DNA of 62,974 nucleotides, the filler included, from Chiloscyllium plagiosum (lineage: Eukaryota), in assembly GCF_004010195.1 (NCBI RefSeq). It is 4 parts of one record of this genome, joined end to end, with 100 filler letters (N's around TTAATTAATTAA, not from the genome) between each part and the next. Parts side by side here need not be neighbours in the genome. Positions count along the whole stretch, not along the records: positions 31,943 to 58,889 come from NC_057711.1; positions 58,990 to 62,974 come from NC_057711.1; 2 more parts are not named here. One strand, given 5' to 3'. Below the pieces are notes generated by a model. The model saw nothing but the letters and a program-made list of their open reading frames with translations. It was not told where the DNA came from and made no database searches. Positions 52,597-62,974 of this stretch are shown here, piece after piece (positions within the stretch are counted from its first letter, which is position 1; every line of letters begins with the position of its first letter). The translations under genes and the position numbers were made by a program.

Positions 52597-53726
52597 CACA
52601 TGGTTAGCAAGGTTAGATCTCTCAGAATACAGGGAGAACTAGCCATTTGGATGCAGAACTGGCTCAAAGGTAGGAGACAGAGGGTGGTGGTGGAGGGCAG
52701 TTTTTCAGATTGGAGGCCTGTGACCAGGGAAGTGCCACAAGAATCAGTGCTGGGTCCATTACTTTTCATCATTTACATAAATTATTTGGCTGTGAGCTTA
52801 AGGGGTATAGTTAGTAAGTTTGCAGATGACACCAAAATTGGAGGTGTAGTGGACAGCGAAGAAGGTTACCGCAGATTACAACGGGATCTTGATCAGATGA
52901 GCCAATGGGCTGAGAAGTGGCAGATAGAACTTAATTTTGATAAATGCAAGGTGGTGCATTTTCAGAAAGCAAATTTTAGCAGGACATGCACACTTAATGG
53001 TAAGGTCCTAGGGAGTGTTGTTGAACAAAGAGACCTTGGAGTGCAGGTTCATAGTTCCTTGAAAGTGGAGTCACATGTAGATAGGATAGTGAAGGCGTCT
53101 TTTGGTGTGCTTTCCTTTATTGGTCATAGTATGGAGTACAGGAGTTGGGAGGCCACGTTGCAGCTGTACAGGACATTGGTTAGGCCACCTTTGGCATATT
53201 GCGTGCAATTCTGATCTTCATATCGGAAGGATGTTGTGAAACTTGAATGGGTTCGGAAGAGATTTACAAGGATGTTGCCAGCATTGGGAGAGTTTGAACT
53301 GTAGGGAGAGGTTGACTAGGCTGGGGCTGTTTTCCCTGGAGCGTCAGAGGCTGAGGGGTGACCTTATAGAGATTTATAAAATCATGAGGGGCATGGATAG
53401 GGTAAATAGTCAAGGTCTTTTCCTTGGTGGGGGAGTCTAGAACTGGAGGGCATATGTTTAGGGTGAGAGGGGAAAGATATAAAAGAGACCTAAGGGGCAA
53501 CGTTTTAAACACAGTAGTGTGTGTGTGGAATGGGCTGCCAGAGGAAGTGGTGGAGACCAGTACAATTGCAACATTTAAAAGGCATCTGGCTGGGTATATG
53601 AATAGGAAGGCTTTGGAGTGATATGGATTGGGTGCCAGCAGGTGGGACTAGATTGGGTTGGGATATCTGGTCAGCATGGACGAGTTGGACAGAAGGGTCT
53701 GTTTCCATGCTGTACATCTCTATGAC
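52597..53726 (+). mobile_element. 5'-truncated CR1
   Basis: ...KFADDTKIGG... through the CTATGAC tail. Confidence 0.9.
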
Positions 53727-54589
53727 ATTCTATTAGTTCCATCTGAACTCAGAAGTGCTAACATGGTTCATTCATTAAGTAAGCTGGAGAGGTAACAAAT
53801 CAATGCATTGGGAGGAAAATGGCAAAGGAGAATTTTGAAATTAACCCAAAAGAAAAGACATCTAAATAATTCAAATTAACCCAATTTTTCTATTTTTGTT
53901 GTGTTACAACTTAGGAACCTTCGCAAACAACCATCTGGCCCACTTAAAAAATAGAGCTTGCAAATCTGTCTTCAGTAGGAAAGCTACAAATTAAGTGGTC
54001 AGCATGACAATGGAACTATGAAAGCTGAAATACTGTCTTACACTCCAAGACAGGAAATACTGCAAGAGCCTATACTTGAACATTTATCTGCATCAAATAA
54101 AATTCAACTCCTTCTCAGCCTATATCTAATTTTCATGATACAACTGTATCAATTCAGAGATAAGGATGAAGCCATCATGAAGTTATATGGTCCTCCAATT
54201 CAACCACACCTTGAATTCTCTGTTTATTTCTGGTCACGGAGCACAAGGTAACATGCCTTAAAAGCTGAATAAAAGACTTAAAGCTCTGCTAGGAGGCTGG
54301 TTTATGAAAGCTTAAACAAACACGAACAGGCCAATGAGATAGGGCATTACAAATACTAAATGACATGGAAAGGTTAATTAACTTGAGAAACATTGAAACA
54401 GTCATAGCTGCAAGATAAAGTAAGCTAGAAAAAGGTCAGGTTGAAGATTGAAGCACTTCTTCAATGTTATATCTAGAATGGATATAAATGGATTAGCTTG
54501 GATAATGGAAGCTAAAGCATTTTCTCCATCATCTCTCACCCTCCTCCAAAAAACAATTAAAAGCTCCAGAGTCAGAGTCACAGAGATAT

Positions 54590-54960
54590 ACAGCTAGCTA
54601 GAGTCAGAGGCATAGAGACGTACTGCATGAAAACAGGTCCTTCGGTCCAATTCATCCATGCCAACCAGGAATCCTGACTAAATCTAGTCCCATTTGCTAG
54701 TATTTGGCCCATATCCCTCTAAACCCTTCCTATTCATATATCCATCCAGAAGCCTTTTAAATGTTGTACTTTTACCAGCCTCCACCACGTCCTCTGGTAG
54801 TTAATTCCATAAACACACTACCCTCTGTGTGAAAAAAAACCACCCCTTAGATTCCTATTAAATCTTTCCCTTCTCACCTTAAACCTATCCCTTCTAGTTT
54901 TGGTCTCCCCCACACCGGGGAAAAGACCTTGTCAATTTACCCTATTCATGACCCTCATGA
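54590..54960 (-). mobile_element. CR1 3' fragment
   Basis: Reverse complement of the CR1 3' end. Confidence 0.85.
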
Positions 54961-55759
54961 TTGGAATTGAATGAGGCGTTAGAAGTGGTATAGCAATTTC
55001 TATGAGCAGCAGTAAATAGATCAAGTTACATCCCTTTTGGTGCTCATCACATAAATCGCATTTAATTTTATGGTGGTGTTAATCGATAGTGAGAAAGGAA
55101 CGAGCTACCTTCAACAACCAAGGTACCTTATTTTAAGATTGCTTTGAATATAATCTCTCATCTGATTAACACCTTCCAAATATACTTGACTGGTTATGGT
55201 TAATCTATTGAAATACATAGTGGCATATTTCTCATTTACCCCAAGCCTCCCCACTTAATTAAATATTGATGATCGTGTCCAACGTCAGGAATGTGGACTC
55301 AGACCGGAACAACTAAAGAAAATGAAGCAAGCTTCATCCCAGGGAACTTCATAGATTACACACTGCCCTCACAACATACACGTTCCTTTCCAAGGGTCCT
55401 TTATAGCTCACACGCTGCTCTCAAAACATACTGGAGATCAGCGACGCTGTATGCGACGTTTAAAACAAACGCGTTTAAATCAATATTATTTAAAAACAGA
55501 ACATGAGCAGATTAAACAAACCAGCAGCATTGGCGGTGGTCGACTATATGGAAGGCAGGATGAAGTCTACAGAAGCGAACAGCAACACTTGTCAAATACA
55601 GTTAACGCTGGTCGCATTATGTTCAATTCATTCAATCCATAAGGCTTGCTACTTCTCCTCCAGCCCCTAGATTGCAACATCTACTACACTGCGATTGTGT
55701 TTATCGACATCAGGCAGCTTGTCATATTTCATATTGCAGTACTGACACTGGTCGAATAT

Positions 55760-56700
55760 TACAAGCCGGACAGGACGCAGTGGTTGGGGCCGTGTGCGCG
55801 CGCGCGAAGGGAAGGGTTTTATTCTTTTTGCAAAATTAAAACATTAATTAAAAAGGAGGGGGGGTCACGAGCGGAATGGCTGTCGGCAAGCAGAAATACA
55901 GCGTTGACCGTAGAAAGAGGGAAAGAAAATGGATGGTAATAACATCGATTGATGAAGGAGGTCACTGTTCAAGGCATTAATGGGGGGGGGGGGAAGAGAA
56001 ATCAAACAGAAGAAAAACCAGTGTGAACCGCCGCCACAATAACAGACTGACGCCGATCTCAAACAGCCGTCAGTTTACAGTCGCTTCCTCGGCCCTTTGC
56101 TGCAGCTGCTTACCTTTCCACGGGAGAAACACCGCCGCCAGTCTCTACGTGAGGTGACGCGCAGATTATCGATGTGTTTTTGCTTCAAATGAGTGGTAAG
56201 GATATTGCCTCCCCCCCACCCCCTTTAAGAGGTACCCTAGTCGATTTCTTTCCCTTTTTTCTTTCTCTCTCTCTATATTCTCTTTCACCCCTCCTCCTTT
56301 AACTCCGCCTCTCTAGTACAAATACATAAACGTGGGTGCGGCGGCGGCAGCAGCGCCTCCAGAAAAGAGGGTAAGAACACGACGCCTACAGATAGCGAGG
56401 CGAAAACGACTGGCGCTCCCATCAGCTTATTCCATTGGACCAGGGATTGAGGGTGGGCGGGTCGACGGGGGCGGGGACTATTTCAAGATGCTTGAACTCC
56501 ATTGGTCAGATTTCCATCGTCTCCACCCACCCTCGCCTCTGTTTTTTTCTCTCTCTCTCCTCCTCATGCAAGAATCCAGACACCACCCCTCCCCCCACGG
56601 CCGCGCGCGCCAAGAGCGATCCAGCAGTGCGAAACTCCCCGCACCGTCTAACGGCCACAGCGCGCGCAGTTAATCGATATTCAGCGGTCAATGACATTGG
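55760..56700. promoter_or_regulatory. CpG-island promoter
   Basis: Marked CpG enrichment against a CpG-poor background, two CCAAT boxes (ATTGG near 56434 and 56501), GC boxes GGGCGG/GGGGCGGGG (56454-56476), (GCG)n run. Confidence 0.8.
56114..56360 (-). other. Putative non-coding first exon of an unidentified gene (5' end approximate)
   Basis: Strong donor AAG|GTAAGC at 56114/56113, downstream (minus) of the CCAAT/GC boxes; only a tiny ATG ORF (MYLY*). Confidence 0.55.
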
Positions 56701-57504
56701 GGTGCATTGTCTGTCTTTTGTTGGTCCTGATTATTTTTGTATGGTATTTTGTGCCTGTTTGCATAGAAGAGAAATGAGAATTACAAATAACAGCGTTGCT
56801 TTGCATGAAGGAAAGGAACTTGCATGCCGTAGAATTGGATTGAAGCCGATGGATGTTTGGGGTGAAGGGTACAGACACGATGGGCCGAAGATCTTCCGTG
56901 CTGTAAAAACTGTATGACTGAAAATTATTTATGATGTTGGTTGAGGGATAAAGATGGTAATGAAGAGCTTCCAACCCCGACCACCCCCCCACTTATTACA
57001 ATCACGTGTTCATCTGAAAGACGTTATTTCTGACAATATAGCACTCCCTTAGCACTTCACTGGAACCTCAAACCTAGGTTAAGATTCTCAGACATCGAAA
57101 GTAGACGTTGATTCAGTTAAAATCACACTACACGAGGTTGCAGTCCAACAGGTTTATTTGGAAGCATCAGCTTTCGGTGCGTTGCTTCAGGAAATTGCGG
57201 ATTCAAAAATGCTACTCACTGAGTAACGGAGTGAGCGGAAAATTAAGTCCCCCCAACAATGGTGTTCTGAAGATGTTAACACTTCACCGAGGTTTGGTAT
57301 TCGCGACTCAGCTCACCCAAGTTGATATATGTGGGTACAAGATTCAGGGAACCACAGGAGCCCCTTTTGACACTGATGTGTTCAACTGCCCTGAAATTCC
57401 TCCTGCAGAGTTGACAGAACAGTAAAGGGGAGCAAGAACTAAATTGAGAATGTTTATACATCCATAACTATGAGCTGATGCTCAAAATGTCACACAAACT
57501 TCCA

Positions 57505-57906
57505 GGAGAAAGTGAGGACTGCAGATGCTGGAGATCAGAGCTTAAAAACGTGTTGCTGGAAAAGTGCAGCAGGTCAGGCAGCATCAAAGGAACCAGGAGA
57601 ATCGACGTTTCCAGCATAAGCCCTTTTTTTTAGGAGAGCTTCTTCAAGGAAGGCATCCTTGCAAGAGGATTCGCAGTAGGTTAAAATCAACTAGGAGAAA
57701 GTGAGGACTGCAGATGCTGGAGATCAGCGTTCAAAAATGTGTTGCTGGAAAAGCGCAGCAGGTCAGGCAGCATCCAAGGAGCAAGAGAATAGACGTTTCG
57801 GGCATGAGCCCTTCTCCTGCGCCTTGGATACTGCCTGACCTGCTGCGCTTTTCCAGCAACACATTTTCAGCTCTGATCTCCAGCATCTGCAGTCCTCACT
57901 TTCTCC
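57505..57906. mobile_element. Penelope terminal-repeat cluster (direct and inverted copies)
   Basis: GGAGAAAGTGAGGACTGCAGATGCTGG at 57505 and 57693, an inverted copy ending at 57906, and the ORF start ATGCCTTCCTTGAAGAAGCTC on minus in between. Confidence 0.85.
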
Positions 57907-58158
57907 AATGTATTTCATGATCCATATCTGATGACAGAGGAAGGATTATATGAGGGTAAGTTGAGGAAGTAATTAAAGCAAATTGACAATGTAGAAAAAA
58001 TGTGACAAATGGAGAAGTAAAGCTTGGGCAATTGACAGTTTGAAGTTCAGACATAAGTGAATTGGAAAATCTTTGGGGGGTTGAACACAAGGACAGGGTA
58101 CAATAAAAGCATTTGAGATCAGGCAGCATGTGTGGAATGAAACAGTTAATGTTACAGG

Positions 58159-59258
58159 GTAAAAACAATGACTGCAGATGCTGGAAACCAGATTCTGGAT
58201 TAGTGGCATGTTTATTCCTGATAGAACATAGAAAAATACAGCGCAGTACAGGCCCTTTGGCCCTCGATGTTGCGCCGATCCAAGCCCACCTAACCTACAC
58301 TAGCCCACTATCCTCCATATGCCTATCCAATGCCCGTTCAAATGCCCATAAAGAGGGAGAGTCCACCACTGCTACTGGCAGGGCATTCCATGAACTCACG
58401 ACTCGCTGAGTAAAGAATCTACCCCTAACATCTGTCCTACACCTACCACCACTTAATTTAAAGCTATGCCCCCTCATAATAGCTGACTCCATACGTGGAA
58501 AAAGGTTCTCAGGGTCAACCCTATCTAAACCCCTAATCATCTTGTACACCTCTATCAAGTCACCCCTAAACCTTCTTTTCTCCAATGAAAACAGCCCCAA
58601 GTGCCTCAACGTTTCCTCATACGATCTTCCTACCATACCAGGCAACATCCTGGTAAACCTCCTCTGCACCCGTTCCAGTGCCTCCACATCCTTCCTATAG
58701 TATGGCGACCAAAACTGCACACAATACTCCAGATGCGGCCGCAAAAGAGTCTTATACAACTGCAACATAACCTCAGGGCTCCGGACCACAACACCAAATG
58801 GAGTTGCCAAATGGAGTTTAATGTCGAAAAGTCTGAGCTGACTCACTTTGGAAGAAGTAACAGGAGTGCAAAGTACTGGATAAATGGTANNNNNNNNNNN
58901 NNNNNNNNNNNNNNNNNNNNNNNNNNNNNNNNNTTAATTAATTAANNNNNNNNNNNNNNNNNNNNNNNNNNNNNNNNNNNNNNNNNNNNCCCTGGAACCT
59001 GCAACAGCCAATCCTGTCCCTGTTCTACCCATGTCTCCGTAATAGCCACAAAATTGAAATCCCAGGTACCAACCCACGCTGCAAGTTCACCTACCTTATT
59101 TCGTATACTTCTCGCATTGAAGTATACACACTTCAAGCCACTTTAATACACACTTCAAGCCACCTTATACACATGTCAAGCCACTTTTGCCCGAAACGTC
59201 GATTTTACTGTTCCTCGGATGCTGCCTGAACTGCTGTGCTCTTCCAGCTCCACTAATC
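58159..59258. mobile_element. Penelope-derived element enclosing a minus-strand CR1 (about 58220-59140) and a gap
   Basis: 16-bp TSD CAGTTAATGTTACAGG (58143-58158, 59259-59274); CR1 motifs RPHLEYCVQFWSP and CVYFNARSIRNK. Confidence 0.82.
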
Positions 59259-60454
59259 CAGTTAATGTTACAGGAAACTGGAAGCATCAGATCAGAAAGA
59301 AGTGACTGGTGGACGGTTAGGTAATTTAAGTATTGAAGAATATAAGGAAATGGTTGGAGATGGCTTTATGATGGAGATGATGGGAGAATAAAGATAATAT
59401 GTGATGGTAAGGCTTCATAACTGACTAGCAATTGGAGTTAGAATGTTTCTTTGCAAACAAAAGTTAAATTAAAACAATGGAACAGTGAAATTGAAGTGCA
59501 GAAAGCAAGTGATGATTAAAGATTAAAATTACTGATAACGTAAATACAAGACTGAAGGAGGGAAGAAGTGAGGATGCCAGTGAAAACACTTAGTCAGGAT
59601 AGGGCCACAGTGAAGAACCTGAATTGAAAAAGAAACATGAGGTCGGAAAATGCATTTTGGCAGACTTCATCCAGAAGTCTGATCTGGATTTGTTTTTTAA
59701 AATTCAGAATCCCTGTTGGTAACAACTTCCAGTTCCCCAATTCAACTGGACTCCTTAAAAGGTGTCATAAAATCTCCCACAAGCTTATGTGCATCTGGAT
59801 ATTAAAATGGGCAATAATTGACTGGCCAGTGCAGCTCTTGTCATCTTTTAAGTCCTTAGTTACTGCAGAAAATTAGAGGAATTATACTTAGAATAATTAT
59901 AGGAAATTGTCTACTGCTTTCCAGTAGAGTTCAGCCTTGACAGACTGTCTCTTTGTTTTCTTAATTATTTCTCAGTAGCACATGCTGCAGTGATCACGGT
60001 CTCTCCAGACCTCCACCAAACTGACAGGATTTCTGAACACCAGTCACCGAGATAAAAATGTATCAAAAAATCACACTCAAAACTAAAGTTAAAGTTGAAA
60101 ATAGAGGCAAAAGTTCAACTAGAGTGCTTCCAGTGAATGACAAGGAAGCACAATCCACTATGAACTGGAAAAGGAGAGAACAATGTGAAGTTTAGTGATA
60201 AAGACAACGTTGCAATCAGGCTGATTTTTGTGGGTTTGAAAGAATCAATTGGTACAAACTAAAGTCAGACAAAGCAGATTCAGGAAGGGGCAGGATGTTG
60301 TATATTTTATTTCTCAACTCATGCAGGAACGATACTAGCTTCTATGTCTGTAATAGGTTTTATGCACAATTCTTTATTGCATTCTTCCAGCTTTGTCTTT
60401 CAGCTCTTTCTGCAGCTTAGTTACTTTTCTATGTCCACACACAAGCTTAACCAA

Positions 60455-61430
60455 TCCACAGCTACCTGGATTACACCTCTTCCCACCCCATCTCTTGCAA
60501 AAATGCCATCCAATATTCCCAATTCCTCTGCCTCCGCCGTATCTGCTCCCAGGAGGACCAGTTCCACCATAGAACACACCAGATGGCCTCCTTCTTTAGA
60601 GACTGCAATTTCCCTTCCCACGTGGTTAAAGATGCCCTCCAACGCATCTCGTCCACATCCCGCACCTCCGCCCTCAGACCCAACCCCACCAACCGCAACA
60701 AGGACAGAACGCCCCTGGGGCTCACCTTCCACCCTACCNNNNNNNNNNNNNNNNNNNNNNNNNNNNNNNNNNNNNNNNNNNNNNNNNNNNNNNNNNNNNN
60801 NNNNNNNNNNNNNNNNNNNNNNNNNNNNNNNNNNNNNNNNNNNNNNNNNNNNNNNNNNNNNNNNNNNNNNNNNNNNNNNNNNNNNNNNNNNNNNNNNNNN
60901 NNNNNNNNNNNNNNNNNNNNNNNNNNNNNNNNNNNNNNNNNNNNNNNNNNNNNNNNNNNNNNNNNNNNNNNNNNNNNNNNNNNNNNNNNNNNNNNNNNNN
61001 NNNNNNNNNNNNNNNNNNNNNNNNNNNNNNNNNNNNNNNNNNNNNNNNNNNNNNNNNNNNNNNNNNNNNNNNNNNNNNNNNNNNNNNNNNNNNNNNNNNN
61101 NNNNNNNNNNNNNNNNNNNNCTCATCCTAGTTTCAAACTTCCAGCTCAGCACTGTCCCCATGACTTGTCCGGACTTGTCCTACCTGCCTTCTCCTTTTCC
61201 ACCTATCCACTCCACCCTCTCCTCCCTGACCTAACACCTTCATCTCCTCCCCCACTCACTATTGTACTCTATGCTACTCTCTCCCCACCCCCACCCTCCC
61301 CTTGCTTATCTCTCCACGCTTCAGGCTCACTGCCTTTATTCCTGATGAAGGGCTTTTGCCCGAAACGTCGATTTTGCTGCTCGTTGGATGCTGCCTGAAC
61401 TGCTGTGCTCTTCCAGCACCACTGATCCAC
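60455..61430 (+). mobile_element. Penelope-like element 3' part with a gap
   Basis: CKNAIQYSQFLCLRRICSQED; terminal hammerhead-like motif. Confidence 0.87.
61335..61375 (+). ncRNA. Minimal type I hammerhead ribozyme-like motif
   Basis: CTGATGA-A-GGGC-TTTT-GCCC-GAAA-CGTC: both core boxes, a 4-bp helix II and a GUC triplet; helix I pairing is weak. Confidence 0.65.
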
Positions 61431-61864
61431 AATCAAGTACAATGACCATCAATAGTAAAAAGACTCAGTTAATCAAATGTGGAACCATTGAATACTATAC
61501 AAGGAGTTGCTATTTTTAAGCAATGATCTGTCATATCCACAATAAGTTTGAAGGTGATATTCACTTTCTTCACAAATATTGTGGTTGGTTGGCTAGTTGG
61601 GGTCAACATTGGATGGGCAAAAACAGCAATGGTGCCAATAGGGAACACTACTGCTTGCCTGTATGTGGACAATAGGGGATTCATTCCTATTTATGAAGAA
61701 TAGCATATGACTTCTTACGTTCAACTGGCTAAATAGCAGGGCCTCAAATTAAAGAATCTTCTGAAAATGCCATCTCTAACACTGCAGCACAACATGAACT
61801 GAGTGTGACCTTCGGTTATGTGTAGTAGAACTTAATTCCATGAACTGAGCCAAGCTGAAACTTG

Positions 61865-62645
61865 GCATCTTCCATCTTTCGCAGCTACACTGGCACCACC
61901 CCCCACCTTTTCCTCCGCTACATCGATGACTGTATCGACGCTGCCTCGTGCTCCCACGAAGAGGTTGAACAGTTCATCCACTTTACCAACACCCGACCTC
62001 AAATTCACTTGGACTGTCTCAAACTCCTCCCTCCCCTTCCTAGACCTTTCCATTTCTATCTCGGACGACCGAATCAACACGGACATTTGCTATGCACAGC
62101 TACCTAGACGACACCTCCTCCCACCCTGCCCCCTGTAAAAACGCCATCCCAATTCCTTCGTCTCCGCCGTATCTGCTCCCAGGAGGACTAGTTCCAATAC
62201 CGTACAACCCAGATGGCCTCCTTCTTCAAAGACCGCAATTTCCCCCTGACGTGATCGACAATGCCCTCCACCACATCTCCTCCACTTCCTGCTCCTCCAC
62301 CCTTGAGCCCCGCCCCTTCAATCGCCATCAGGACAGAACCCCACTGGTCGTCACCTACCACCTGACAAACCTCCATATACATTGTTTCATCCATCGTCAT
62401 TTCCGCCACCTCCAAAGGGACCCCACCACCAGGGATATATTTCCCTCCCCTCCCCTATCAGCGTTCCGAAAAGACTACTCCCTCCGTGACTCCCTCGTCA
62501 GGTCCACACCCCCCACCAACCCAACGTCCACACCCGGCACCTTCCCCTGCAACTGCAAGAAATGCAAAACTTGCACCCACACCTCCCCCCTTACTTCCCT
62601 CCAAGGCCCCAAGGGATCCTTCCATATCCGCCACAAGTTCACCTG
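61865..62645 (+). mobile_element. Penelope-like RT fragment
   Basis: FLRYIDDC, LPFLDLSISI, CNCKKCKTC. Confidence 0.88.
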
Positions 62646-62679
62646 TCACAGGGTATGGTTGCCATTACGAAAGAGATAG

Positions 62680-62974
62680 TGCTAGAAAAGTTAAAAAGTC
62701 TTAAAATTGATAAATCTCCTGGCCCCGATGGGATATACCCTAGAGTTCTGAGAGAGGTGGCTGAGGAAATAGCAGACGCATTGGTTGAGATCTTTCAAGA
62801 GTCACTGGAGTCAGGAAAGGTCCCGGATGATTGGAAGATGGCTGTTGTAACCCCCTTGTTCAAGAAAGGATCATGGCAAAAGATGGAAAATTATAGGCCA
62901 ATCAGCTTAACCTCGGTTGTTGGTAAAATTCTAGAATCCATCATTAAGGATGAGGTTTCTAAATTCTTGGAAGA
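62680..62974 (+). mobile_element. CR1 ORF2 fragment running off the window
   Basis: Codes DKSPGPDGIYPRVLREVA...PDDWKMAVVTPLFKKG...NYRPISLTS. Confidence 0.9.

Noticed and set aside
56332..56917. ORFs over the CpG island
   Set aside because: Non-ATG starts, GC-driven stop scarcity, and no recognisable domain.

Overview
Repeat-dense vertebrate genomic DNA, most likely elasmobranch (shark/ray), judging by HE1-type SINEs and abundant CR1/HER1-like LINEs. The only host coding sequence I can support is five minus-strand exons (30485 to 18193) encoding the activation linker and a complete trypsin-like protease domain of an HGF activator (HGFAC)-like gene. Its GT-AG phases are consistent and the His/Asp/Ser triad is intact, but I could not find the heavy-chain exons (FN2/EGF/FN1/kringle) in the 32 kb upstream. 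A CpG-island promoter with an apparent non-coding minus-strand first exon lies at about 55.8-56.7 kb. The rest is mobile DNA: a decayed Gmr1-type Gypsy element (6006-13554; PR-INT-RT-RH order, tRNA-Pro PBS) with nested CR1 and Penelope insertions, solo LTRs in the protease gene introns, many CR1 fragments, a Rex1 LINE, SINEs, and several Penelope-like families with hammerhead-ribozyme-like motifs. Three gaps carry an artificial TTAATTAATTAA spacer. I see no clear evidence of an undescribed system. The best leads are the head-less protease gene and the short hammerhead-bearing Penelope derivatives. All coordinates and comparisons were made by eye, and repeat boundaries are approximate unless a TSD is given.
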